Assembly (NCBI GenBank): GCA_964016885.1
Contig: CAXHJY010000401.1
Location: 62,001-126,000, forward strand
Reading direction: 5' to 3'
Source: Eledone cirrhosa
Taxonomy: Eukaryota
Length of the DNA stretch: 64,000 bases
Shown in pieces: positions 28,495-40,382 of the stretch; the first letter of the stretch is position 1; the number at the start of each line of letters is the position of its first letter. The notes beneath the pieces are model-generated. The model saw only the letters and a list, made by a program, of their open reading frames with translations, was not told where the DNA came from and did no database searches. The translations under genes were made by a program, and so were the position numbers.

Positions 28495-28690
28495 AGGGCG
28501 GTGAATTGGCAGTATCGGTAGAGGGTCGGACGCCATGCTTTGACGCATAGATATACGGCCCTTGCCATTCTGAGTTCAAATCCCGCCGAGGTTAACTTTG
28601 CCTTTCATCCTTACGGGGGTCGATAAAATAAAGTACCAGTAATACACTGGGAAATTGCTGGCCTTGTGCCAAAAGTAGAAACAATTATTT
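28495..28690 (+). mobile_element. SINE family A, full-length reference copy
   Basis: A box TGGCAGTATCGG and B box GAGTTCAAATCC. The central gcctttcatcc...ggtcgataaaataaagtaccag resembles, from memory, the conserved MetaSINE-type domain. Confidence 0.88.
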
Positions 28691-28859
28691 AATATTTTGG
28701 TTGTTAAAATATAAAATAAAATATAAAATAACATATATAATATAAAATTATGTATAACAGGATTTTTTTTTTTTTTTCGATCAAAGTTTTCAATTTATTA
28801 TAAATATGGGATTGTCAAAGACTTCAGATTTCGCCTGATTTCACCTAATTCGATGACAA

Positions 28860-29293
28860 CCCTCTCTCTCTGCCCCTCTCTCTCCCTTCCCTCGCCCCCT
28901 CTATTTCTCTCTCCCTTCCCTCGCCCCCTCTATTTCTCTCTCCCTTCCCTCGCCCCCTCTATTTCTCTCTCTCTCCCTCCACTCTCTCTCTCCCTCTCCC
29001 TCTCTATTTCTCTCTCTCTCCCTCCACTCTCTCTCTCTCCCTCTCCCTCCACTCTCTCTCTCTCCCTCCACTCTCTCTCTCTCCCTCCACACTCTCTCTC
29101 TCCACTCTCTCTCTCTCTCCCGCCACTCTCTCTCTCTCTCACTCCCCCCTCTCTCTCTCTCTCTCACTCCCCCCTCTCTCTCTCACTCCCCCCTCTCTCT
29201 CTCACTCCCCCTCTCTCTCTCACTCCCGCCACACTCTCTCTCTCTCACTCCCCCTCTCTCTCTCACTCTCTTTCTCTCTCTCTCTCTCTCTCT
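28860..29293. repeat. (CT)n-rich polypyrimidine tract
   Basis: Direct reading. Confidence 0.95.
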
Positions 29294-29391
29294 ACAAGGA
29301 GTAATAAAGATGAAGTGAATCATATGGTACGTGTGTTTCTTTTTATTGGCAATACAGGCAACATGGCCATTCCCAAATATAACAATATATA

Positions 29392-29448
<57 letters not shown>

Positions 29449-29459
29449 ATATATATGTA

Positions 29460-29502
<43 letters not shown>

Positions 29503-29919
29503 GTGTGTGTCATTTAGTTATAAAATAAATATACTTCTTTACTAACGCACTGAGAAACGTCCTTAATTACACACACACATATATATGTGTGTGTGTATAC
29601 ATATATATATATATATATATGTGTGTGTGTATATGTGTGTGTATATACATATACACACGCATATATACCTATCCTTATATATATATTTATATACAGATAT
29701 ATATACATATATATACATATATATATACATATATATATATATACACATATATATATATATACACACATATATATATATATACACACACATATATATATAT
29801 ACACACACACATATATATATATACACACATATATATATACACATATATATGTGTGTATATGTGTATATATGCATATATAAGGATAGAGAGTGAGAGAATA
29901 GAAGTGTGGAAGAATCGAT

Positions 29920-30065
29920 ATCAGTACTTGACTGGTACTTTATTTATCGACCTTGAATGGATGAAAGGCAAAGTTGACCTGGACGGGGTTTCGAGAGTAG
30001 AGAGCCAGAAGACAACAACAAAACATTCTCTCCGTCGTTCTAGTGTCCCTGTCCATTCGCTGCCC
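29920..30065 (-). mobile_element. SINE family A, diverged
   Basis: actggtactttatttatcgacc...ggatgaaaggcaaagttgacc. Confidence 0.7.
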
Positions 30066-30759
30066 CACACCTGACAACTATTTTAATTGTCAAACACTTC
30101 CTGTCATTCGAGATTACGACTATGAACAGGTAGGAAGAAGATATGGAACACAACCAGATTGAGCAGGTGTGGTACTTTTCTTTTTCGGCAATAGTCTTTC
30201 AACTGTCTTTAATAAAATTACGACAGCATTTTTCGATCTTTATCGTTCACCACTTTATACGTCTGAACTTTTTTTCATTTTTTTTTTCATTTTTTTTTTC
30301 ATTTTTTTTTTCATTTTTTTTATAATTTCTTATTTAATTTCTTTTTCATTTCTTTTTCATTTTTTTTTTTTTTCATTTTTTTTCATTATTTTTTCATTAT
30401 TTTTTCATTATTTTTTTCATTTTTCTTTCATTTTTCCATTTTTTTTTCATTTTTTTTTCATTTTTTTTTTTAAATTATGGTTGGCTGAACAGGAGGGGGG
30501 GTGTAGCCTAGCAACATAAAATAAAACAACACAAAAACATCAATACATATAGAATATAAAGCCAGATGTTTTGTTATCAGAAACACCGTAAGATGATCAA
30601 GCGAGAGTCTCTAGTTTTTAAAATATTCTTTCTACGACATTCAGCCGAAGTTAGCAGCTAAATTCAACATTTCAACCTGAACACTATGAGGTCAGCTACG
30701 GAGCAAGTGTGGGTGTGTGGTGGTGCTGTTGATTTGTGCCTGTGTATGTATGTATATTA

Positions 30760-30795
30760 TACTAGCAGAATGGCCCGGCGTTGTTCGGGATTTGC
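30760..30795 (-). mobile_element. Helitron 3' terminus (hairpin plus CTAG)
   Basis: Minus strand cccgaacaacgccgggccattctgCTAGt: a CCCG/CGGG hairpin 8 nt before CTAG. Confidence 0.6.
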
Positions 30796-30899
30796 TCTAG
30801 GGTTCTTATATATTTGATATATATTTATCCTTATCGAGCCTCGTGAAATTGTGTATGCAAAAATATCTGTACACGAATATATATATATAAATAGAAAGT

Positions 30900-30956
<57 letters not shown>

Positions 30957-31231
30957 CATATATATAACAGTACAGAGAAGTACGGAATACCTCGGCCTCG
31001 GGATGGTGTCTACATTTTGTGCTTGAATGTATGTGTGTATGTATGTATATATATATATGTATATATGTAAGCATGCATATGTGTATGTGTGCGCACACAT
31101 GTATATACATAAATGCGTGTGTGTGTATGTATAAATATATATATGTATGGTGTGTGTATGTATATATATATATATATATATATAGTAATATTTGGGCAGG
31201 GTCATATTGTTACAATATTGCCAGAAATATA

Positions 31232-31346
31232 TAATTTTCTACTTTTTGGCACTAGGCCAGCAAATACCCAGTGCATTACTGGTACTTTATTTTATTGACC
31301 CCGTAAGGATGAAAGGCAAAGTTAACCTCAGCGGGATTTGAACTCC
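31232..31346 (-). mobile_element. SINE A inserted into a family V repeat
   Basis: V sequence stops at ccagaaata (~31229) and resumes at aacacactcac (~31348). Confidence 0.78.
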
Positions 31347-31624
31347 AACACACTCACAGTTTGCTTTGTTTTTCATTTCAGTATATCTTTATATTTCTAT
31401 AATTAATTCAGCTGGCAATCAATGCTTATCATTGATTGACCAACAGTTAAATATATAGATATAGTTCTCAGAGTGAGTGTGTTTTACTATATTTTTCTGT
31501 TCTATTAGAACAACATATATAAATCCGTAGAGCAAATATTTATTATAAGAACATATTGAAGTTTAAGCAAAGTATTCTTTGCTTAAACTTTAATGTTTTT
31601 ATAATAAATATATATATATATATA

Positions 31625-31805
31625 TAATGAATGAGTTGTGGTAAGGAACCAGATGGACCATAACGCACCAGAGTACTCAATACTTAGGGTAGTAGAGTGG
31701 GTAATAGGAAAATGTATGACCCCGACGGCAGAGCTCAAGCCGTTTCGATGGCTATTTCTGTCGAAACGGCTTGAGCTCTGCTGTCGGGGTCATACATTTT
31801 CCTGT
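31625..31805 (-). mobile_element. Family S element with terminal fold-back
   Basis: Both arms carry the variant aaaatgtatg / catacatttt. Confidence 0.85.
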
Positions 31806-31816
31806 ATATATATATA

Positions 31817-32420
31817 TTAGCGGCCACCTGGCCTTCGACCCCATCTGTATTGTGCTCTATTCACAAGGCACCCACTGGCATCTATCGTAATGCCCATTTT
31901 CCGTAAAATAAAATATGTTAAAAGGTATTTTAAAAAGTTGTATTCTACAAAACATTTACAGAACTTCAGTATATGCAATGTCTTCAACCTTTTTCTTTGG
32001 AGGATATATGAAGAGTTTGTAGGGTTTTCCAACATACAATTGACCATGTGAGAAACATCTCTCTTCTAGATGGAGGCTGACAATCTACAGGGTTTGACCG
32101 TAGGGTATGTTGATGGTCATTGCATAATTGGCTCTCGCTGGGAATTGCAATCATTTGAAACAAAAAGGGACATCTGTTGGTATTACTGGTATTCTAAGTA
32201 TAAATATGATGTCTAGTGAGGCGTGAGGCTGTAGTTTAGTAACAACCATAGTCGCCCCATTGCACAATCTTGGCTGAGCTGCGTTTGAGAGAAGCATGGT
32301 GACTCTGCCCTTCTTCGATTCTACGTTGCGTGGCAGCATACCGGACAGTTGCAGATTGTTGAGAAATTCAACAAGATAATGAACAGTTTCGTCCTCGTGG
32401 ACAACTTTGTTGGTTGACTC
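31817..32420 (-). mobile_element. Helitron 3' remnant (PIF1-like helicase C-terminus plus terminus)
   Basis: EFLNNLQLSGM...MLLSN...RLCNG...RIPVIPTDVPFCFK*LQFP...AMTIN...GQTL...CFSHGQLYV, ending in a ggcc/ggcc hairpin and CTAA. Confidence 0.88.
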
Positions 32421-32593
32421 AGAGGTCTGGGTATTTCCGGGGACCATTAATGAGAGATTTTCCTTGATGGCTTTCATTGATATTTTCGGGTGCGAGGATT
32501 GCTCTTTAACACAGCCACTCCTTTTTTTTCTGTCCCTGCCATATCCTGCGTCTCCAAGAGATTTCTCTCTATATCTCTCTCTCTCTCTCTCTC

Positions 32594-32644
<51 letters not shown>

Positions 32645-32729
32645 ATCTCACTTTCTCTCTCTCTCTCTCTATCTCCCTTCTCTCTCTCTCTCTCTCTCTT
32701 TCTCTTTCTCTCTCTCTCTCTCTATCTCA

Positions 32730-32779
<50 letters not shown>

Positions 32780-32814
32780 CTCTCCTCTCTCTCCCTCTCT
32801 CTCCTCTCTCCCTT

Positions 32815-32891
<77 letters not shown>

Positions 32892-32892
<1 letters not shown>

Positions 32893-32943
32893 GCTTCTAC
32901 AGGATTACAACTGTTTCATTCGAAGAAAATCATCAGGAAAGCT
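32892..32943 (-). ncRNA. Type I hammerhead motif, family Q
   Basis: Minus strand: agcuuuc CUGAUGA uuuucuucgaau GAAA CAG-uuguaauc-CUG UA^ gaagcu. A decayed inverted arm follows at 32950-33050. Confidence 0.68.
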
Positions 32944-33060
32944 CATGATTTAAACAGTTCTAGTTCTATAGAAGCCATTTCTATATTAAATTTTGTATAT
33001 TCTCTACTAATGTATTGAGTACCTTACTTACCGTGGTTACTCCCGATTGAGGTAGGAACT

Positions 33061-33122
<62 letters not shown>

Positions 33123-33481
33123 CACATACATACATATGCGTGTGTATGTAGAAATATCTATACTCTACCAATGTATTGAGTGCCTTTTTCAACTGTGGTC
33201 ACCTCTCGACAAAACTCAGGAATCTATACATACATACATAGACATACATACATACATAGATATACATACATACACATACATACATACATACATACATAGA
33301 CATACATACATACATAGACATACATACATACATAGATATACATACATACATACATAGATATACATACATACATACATACATACACGTACATAGACATACA
33401 TACACGTACATAGACATACATACACATACATACAGACACATACATACGTACATAGACATACATACATACGTACATACACAC

Positions 33482-33517
<36 letters not shown>

Positions 33518-33519
33518 GG

Positions 33520-33930
33520 GGGTGGTGTGTATATATAGAGAGGTGGTGTGTATATATAGAGAGGTGGTGGCGGGTGAACGAGGGAGAGAGAGAGAGAGAG
33601 GTGGTGGGTATATATAGAGAGGTGGTGGCGGGTGAACGAGGGAGAGAGAGAGAGAGGTGGTGGGTATATATAGAGAGGTGGTGGCGGGTGAACGAGGGAG
33701 AGAGAGAGAGAGGTGGTGTGTATATATAGAGAGGTGGTGGCGGGTGAACGAGGGAGAGAGAGAGAGAGGTGGTGTGTATATATAGAGAGGTGGTGGCGGG
33801 TGAACGAGGGAGAGAGAGAGGTGGTGTGTATATATAGAGAGGTGGTGGCGAGTGAACGAGGGAGAGAGAGAGAGAGGTGGTGTGTATATATAGAGAGGTG
33901 GTGGCGGGTGAACGAGGGAGAGAGAGAAGG
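33520..33930. repeat. ~50-bp tandem repeat x8 with variable (GA)n
   Basis: gtggtgtgtatatatagagaggtggtggcgggtgaacgaggg(ag)n. Confidence 0.9.
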
Positions 33931-34199
33931 GGGGTGTCTGTAGGTATACAGTAGGCTGGTCTCTAAAGTACAGTTTACTAAATGAGAAAAGTCTTGCTAT
34001 AGTAATTTCTGAACAATGAATCCACACCAACCTCCACCCTTCAATACACCCGGGCTACATCTTGCTACATCCCACCATATTTACCTAGCCCCTTCCCTTT
34101 TCTTTGTTCCCTTGTAAAACGGGGTAAACTATACGTCTTTAGGGGCCAACTATGTCAATACCCATTTCAATGTGCGTGTATATATATGCGTGTGTGAGA

Positions 34200-34232
<33 letters not shown>

Positions 34233-34444
34233 GAGAGAGAGACATACACACATATATATTTGTGTGTATACACATATATATATGTATGTGTATGTATGTA
34301 TATATATATATATGTATGTATGTATATATATATATATATAGACACACACACACACACATATATATATTTGTGTATATATATGTGTGTGTGTGTATATATA
34401 TATAGAGAGAGAGAGAGATAGAGAGAGAGATATTTATACACACA

Positions 34445-34475
<31 letters not shown>

Positions 34476-34498
34476 CACATCCATATATACATATGTGT

Positions 34499-34536
<38 letters not shown>

Positions 34537-34627
34537 CACGTGTATATATATATAAAGCCCTGAAACAGATACAAAACACTACATGCACAGAAACATGTAA
34601 TTACAAACATATATACGTCTCTGTATG

Positions 34628-34666
<39 letters not shown>

Positions 34667-34719
34667 CGTTTTACGTCTATTTGTATAGCTTACATTAATA
34701 TATATATATAAATATAAGG

Positions 34720-34761
<42 letters not shown>

Positions 34762-34800
34762 ATATATATATATATATATATAAGGTATAAATATATATAT

Positions 34801-34859
<59 letters not shown>

Positions 34860-34869
34860 AAATATACAT

Positions 34870-34919
<50 letters not shown>

Positions 34920-35261
34920 ACAATACGTACATACCGCTTTTTCTCTTTGCAACCTACTATAAAAAGTCTTTTCTGAGGCTTCCTGCCCCCTAAAATAAAG
35001 ATATTTTGTTGACATACCGGCCTCTTGGTCCCTACTTTACCTTGAAGTTCCCTATAAACATGTATCTATGTGTATATATATATATACACACACGTACATA
35101 TGTATACGTGTATATATATATATATACACGCGTACATGTGTATACATGTGTATACATACAAACGGAGAGGCACATTCTGTACAGGTGTCTATTCAGTGCC
35201 TTTTAATTTTCCATATATATGTGTGTATATATATATATGTATATATATGTATATGTATGTA

Positions 35262-35304
<43 letters not shown>

Positions 35305-35413
35305 ATGTATATATATATATGTATATAGATATATGTATATAGATATATATATATATGTATATAGATATATATATATATGTATATGTATATATATATATGT
35401 ATATATATATATG

Positions 35414-35448
<35 letters not shown>

Positions 35449-35534
35449 GTGTCCATACACATATTCAATGATACACGTCTACATACATATGTATACATTC
35501 CACAGAGGCACACACAACCATGCAGGCATCCATG

Positions 35535-35584
<50 letters not shown>

Positions 35585-35763
35585 TTATTTGTGTATGCAT
35601 GTATATAGTCGGTCAAACACCTCCTCTCGCACGTACGTACACAGAGAAATATGTGTGTGTGTATATAATATATATATATGTATATATATCTACCTATATA
35701 TATAAATATATATGTATATACAGTATATCTATATATATATATATATATACTGTATATATACTC

Positions 35764-35818
35764 TTTATCTGATGAAAGCGTACCAAAATGTTGGTACCCT
35801 TGAAATATATATAATAGA
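35764..35818 (+). ncRNA. Type I hammerhead ribozyme motif, family R
   Basis: UUUAU CUGAUGA(35769-75) aag.guaccaa-aaug-uugguac.cuu GAAA UAUAUA UA^ AUAGA; cut after 35813. Confidence 0.8.
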
Positions 35819-35874
35819 ATAAAGTTGGTTTTATAAATATAGTTTCCATTTATTTACTATCATTGTATATTATA

Positions 35875-36110
35875 AAAAGCACCCAGCCCACACTGTAAAG
35901 TGGACGTGTAGGCGCCACGAAAAAGCACCCAGCACTCACTGTAAATGAGGTTGGTGTTAGGAAGGGCATCCAGCTGTAGAAATCAAGCCAGATCAGTTCC
36001 TGTATGAGCAAGGCATGGTCAGCCGACCAGACACTGCCCACAACAGGACAACCCGTCTAACCCATGCTAGCGTGGAAGAACGGACGTAAAACGGTGATGA
36101 TGATGATGAT
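35875..36110 (+). mobile_element. SINE family C with RTE-type body and (GAT)n tail, inserted in the R element
   Basis: gttaggaagggcatccagctgtag...aacccatgctagcgtggaa..acggacgtaaaacg(gat)n. The R sequence resumes at ttatactc, ~36110-36200. Confidence 0.75.
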
Positions 36111-36477
36111 TATACTCAAGAAAAACTGTCGAGTGCTCTGAATCAGTTATAAACATTTATATTTGTTGAATTCCCAACAAATTGAATATCCCTTTTGCTT
36201 ATATATAAATATATATACACAGAAATATCCACGGTTAGTTGTGGCGTCTAGTCTGCATGAAGAACTCAATGTCATCCAAATGTTGTAGGTTAAAATAAAT
36301 CCCGGAAAACAATAAAATATCAAAAGGAAAACAGATTTATTTATATGAATATATATATATTTATATATATATTTATCTCTCTCTCTCTCTCTCTTTCTCC
36401 CCCCCCTCTCCCCCCTCTCCCCCCCCCCCCTCTATCCCCCCTCTCCCCCCCCTCTCTCCCCCCCTCTCTCTCTATAT

Positions 36478-36648
36478 ATAGGAATTGTGGTAAGGAACCA
36501 GATGGACCATAACGCACCAGAGTACTCAATACTTAGGGTAGTAGAGTGGGTAATAGGAAAAAGTATGACTTCGACGGCTATTTCTTGAGTCCAGAAATAG
36601 CTGTCGAAATGGCTTTAGCTCTGCCGTCGGGGTCATACTTTTTCCTAT
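36478..36648 (-). mobile_element. Family S element with partly deleted fold-back
   Basis: Arms aggaaaaagtatgac / gtcatactttttcct. Confidence 0.8.
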
Positions 36649-36811
36649 ATATATATGTACACAAATGGAAGTTCAGTAGAATCGAAGATCTGGCTGCGGC
36701 CATGCTAACGAATGCAATCCGGAACGTGTAGCTAAGCACTCAATGATGTAGTTTTACCTTAGAGTAATAACATTACGTTTAGACAGCTTGACAAATTGAA
36801 GACTGCGACTG

Positions 36812-36868
<57 letters not shown>

Positions 36869-36869
36869 G

Positions 36870-36997
36870 TAGGTCCCGGGTTGAGTCGGGGATAACCACA
36901 GTAAGTAAGGTACTCAATACATGGCAGAGTAAAATTTTTTTATTTTATAGAAGGAGCTTCTACAGGACTAGTACTGTTTCATTCAGATGAAATCTTC
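36870..36997 (-). mobile_element. Family Q element with truncated ribozyme core
   Basis: ggataaccacagtaagtaaggtactcaatac...ctacaggactagtactgtttcattc. Confidence 0.75.
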
Positions 36998-37035
<38 letters not shown>

Positions 37036-37180
37036 TAATAAAAACAAAGAAACAGTTCCTTATATTAAAAAATTCATCATTTTACGATCGTTTCTAGGAT
37101 ATATATGTGTGTTGGTATGTATATCATATAGATCGATATAAAAATTTTACAAACTAGCAGAGGAAATATACATACCTACA

Positions 37181-37316
37181 CATTATTTCTGAAGACAGCA
37201 TATATATGTGTAGGTATGTATATTTCCTCTGATAGTTTGTAAAATGTTTACATCGATCTATATGATATACATACCAACACACACATATACATCCTAGAAA
37301 CGATCGTAAAATGATG
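37181..37316 (+). ncRNA. Type I hammerhead motif with ~100-nt stem II, family T
   Basis: CAUUAUUU CUGAAGA(37189-95) [gguauguauau/auauacauacc helix] GAAA C-gauc-G UA^ AAAUGAUG. 8-bp stem I; palindrome ACGAUCGU; lies inside inverted repeat 37037-37353. Confidence 0.75.
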
Positions 37317-37503
37317 AATTTTTTAATATAAGGAACTGTTTCTTTGTTTTTATTCATTGTTTTTATTAATTTATCTTGACTCTGTTTTCCTGTGATTTTC
37401 ATCGAAAAAATGTTTGAATACATCTTCTCTTTTCATGATATTTGGATTACATTGAGTTCTTCATACGGATTGGACACTACCGTATGTTTTGGTAGATTTA
37501 TCT

Positions 37504-37534
<31 letters not shown>

Positions 37535-37536
<2 letters not shown>

Positions 37537-37647
37537 GGAACGAGTAGGACCCCGACGAATGAGCTCAAGCCGTTTCGACGGCTAATTCTGAGTATTGAGT
37601 ACTTTGGTGCGTTATGGTCCACCTGGTTCCTTACCACATTTCCTTCG

Positions 37648-37650
<3 letters not shown>
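37535..37650. mobile_element. Family S fold-back with internal deletion
   Basis: Inverted S head joined directly to the S tail agtattgagtactttgg. Confidence 0.75.
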
Positions 37651-37713
<63 letters not shown>

Positions 37714-37774
37714 GAATAAATGCACAGAGAACAAAATACAGAGAGGCAGTACATATGGTAGGTTTTAGTTTCAC

Positions 37775-37818
<44 letters not shown>

Positions 37819-38066
37819 CAAACTTCTGTAACATATAATGTTTTTCACCTCTTGTATTTCACCGGTCAAGGAGGGAAAATATTATGACTGTAATTATAGA
37901 TACAGAATGTAAGGCTTGAAAGACTTTAACCCCCCCCCCCCCCGCTTTCTCTCTTTCTCTTTCTTTCTCTTTCTCTCTCTATATATATATGTTTATATAT
38001 GTATATGTATATGTTTATATATATATATGTATATATATATGTTTATATATATGTATATATATATAC

Positions 38067-38174
<108 letters not shown>

Positions 38175-38204
38175 GTATATATATATACATATGTATATAT
38201 ATAC

Positions 38205-38255
<51 letters not shown>

Positions 38256-38298
38256 TATGTATACATATATATATATGTATACATATATATATGTATAC

Positions 38299-38330
<32 letters not shown>

Positions 38331-38939
38331 GTGTATATTTATGTGTGTGTATATATATATATGTGTATATATATATATGTGTATATATATATGTATATAT
38401 ATATATGTATATGTATATATATGTATATATATGTATATATATATGTATATATCAGATTAATGTGACTTTTTAACACCTAATTCATTTCTATACGTAAGTA
38501 AAGCTTCTTAAGTTGAATGGTTCTGAGTTATTTTTTAGCGGTCTTTTGGTCTATTCACACCACCATGGGCTATAAAACTCACATGTCTTTCCTCTATACC
38601 ATGTGTGTTTCCTTAGTTATCTGATGTATTTTTTATAGAAGTGTTGATCATATTGCTAGGCACTCACCGATGAACTACACCTACAATATGTATTCTTCAC
38701 TTTTATAGCGAAACATACTCTCATTTGAGCATGTCTGGGTGTTATTGTTATAATCGAATGGTTAGTACACTTTAATATATTGTTTTTAAATGATTTATAT
38801 TCACCATTCCTTCCGTAGGTGATATGTTTGTCACTCTGGTAGTTTTTGATCCCCTACGATTGAACACATATCTCTATGTGTACTTCTCTCTAGATGTTGA
38901 TTTATTATATATATATACATATATATATATATACATATA

Positions 38940-39169
38940 TATATTAATAAGAGGAATTCCAACTTTGTCTGATTTACTCGTTTTATTTACAATCCTTTAA
39001 AATATATAATGGTATTATAATGAAATAGTATGATAGAATATTAAATTCTATTAACACTTAGAATTTAATATTCTATCATACTATTTCATTATAATACCAT
39101 TATATATTTTAAATGATTGTAAATAAAACGAGTAAATCAGACAAAGTTGGAATTCCTCTTATTAATATA
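38940..39169. repeat. Long inverted repeat, 111-bp arms, 8-nt loop
   Basis: 38940-39050 versus 39059-39169; one mismatch seen by eye. Confidence 0.92.
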
Positions 39170-39225
39170 ATCTTCTATACACAATCATACACACCCGTGT
39201 ATATTTACCTATCTATATCTATCTA

Positions 39226-39270
<45 letters not shown>

Positions 39271-39539
39271 AAAGAGTGAAGAATAACGTGGTCAGCTGTA
39301 CAACAGGGTTTATTTAAAGTATTAACAATTGTTTCATTAGTCCGGTGTGTCTAAAAATCGCTGATCGTTAGAAGTCACGTCACTCGATTTTAAGTACAGA
39401 GAACTCATAAACCTTACTTGGATCACCTTAAACGATATCTTGTTATCTTATATCTATCTATCTCTCTCTCTCTATATATATATATACACACACAATCAAG
39501 GAAGTGTGGCAAGGAACCAGGTGGACCATAACGCAGCAC

Positions 39540-39855
39540 CTGGCAAAATCTTTCAGATTATGGTTTCACAACCTAATCATCTTTTGGACACCGTGACCCA
39601 TTGAAGTAAAACATTGTTGTCATATATCCGGATGTAGGGGGATTATCTGGGTTTTCTTTGAGGATTTTGTCCAGGAAACTTTTAAATATTATGGGATCTG
39701 TTTCCCTCTTGATGTATTTCGCTATGATATTAAAGGGAGCCGGGTCAGTCGAGGCTAAATTGTGCCGTATGGTTCCTATTAGATGCGAGTTTAATTTTTG
39801 TAGTGGGCGGGTAGCAGGAGGACCAAGTCTTGGGGGGGATTTTAAAGGTGATGGT
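39540..39855 (-). mobile_element. CR1/L2-group LINE ORF2 C-terminal remnant
   Basis: RLGP...TIRHN...FNIIAKYIKRETDPIIFKSFLDKILKENPDNPPTSGY resembles the FNxLPxxIR...FKxxLDxxLxxxPDxPxxxGY tail of these LINEs. Confidence 0.7.
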
Positions 39856-40184
39856 CTTCCACAAAAACACCTTGCCCCCCGGGCATGTACCTCAGAGGGG
39901 AACTTTCTAGGTGAAAGCCCATGGTTATTTGTGACTGGAGGTGGTCGTTATCCCTTTACTGGTATTTTACTGAAGGGGAAAAGATGTTTTAAACTGTCCC
40001 TGTATTCTTTGTGTCCTGGGCAGGAGATTGTGCGGCGAGGTTTAAAAATGCTCTCGAAACACCATATATTAATACGGCACCCCTCGGGGGTTACCGGGCC
40101 ATGCATCCTATTTCAGTTGTACAAACGTACGGAAACCTAGTAAATATTATAGATTCTGTTCAAACTCTTGGTTGGAATATTATC

Positions 40185-40357
40185 ATCGGTAGAGGTTCGG
40201 ACGCCATGCTTTGACGCATAGTTACGGCCCTTGCCATTCTGAGTTCAAATCCCGCCGAGGTTAACTTTGCCTTTCATCCTTACGGGGTCTATAAAATAAA
40301 GTACCAGTAATGGTACTGGGTAATTGCTGGCCTTGTGCCAAAAGTAGAAACAATTAT
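40185..40357 (+). mobile_element. SINE family A
   Basis: Near-identical to 28510-28690. Confidence 0.88.
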
Positions 40358-40382
40358 ATCATTTATACTTCTGAATCGGGTT

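Noticed and set aside
28495-28590. tRNA gene
   Set aside because: The A and B boxes belong to a SINE head; no cloverleaf, and it continues into a multi-copy body.
38480-38890. Possible GIY-YIG (Penelope endonuclease) remnant on the minus strand (TCSN...FIGEC)
   Set aside because: Too many stops and too little motif identity to support by eye; it needs a profile-HMM search.
39658-40140. 160-aa plus-strand ORF
   Set aside because: Antisense to a LINE remnant and overlapping a SINE B fragment; no coherent protein signal.
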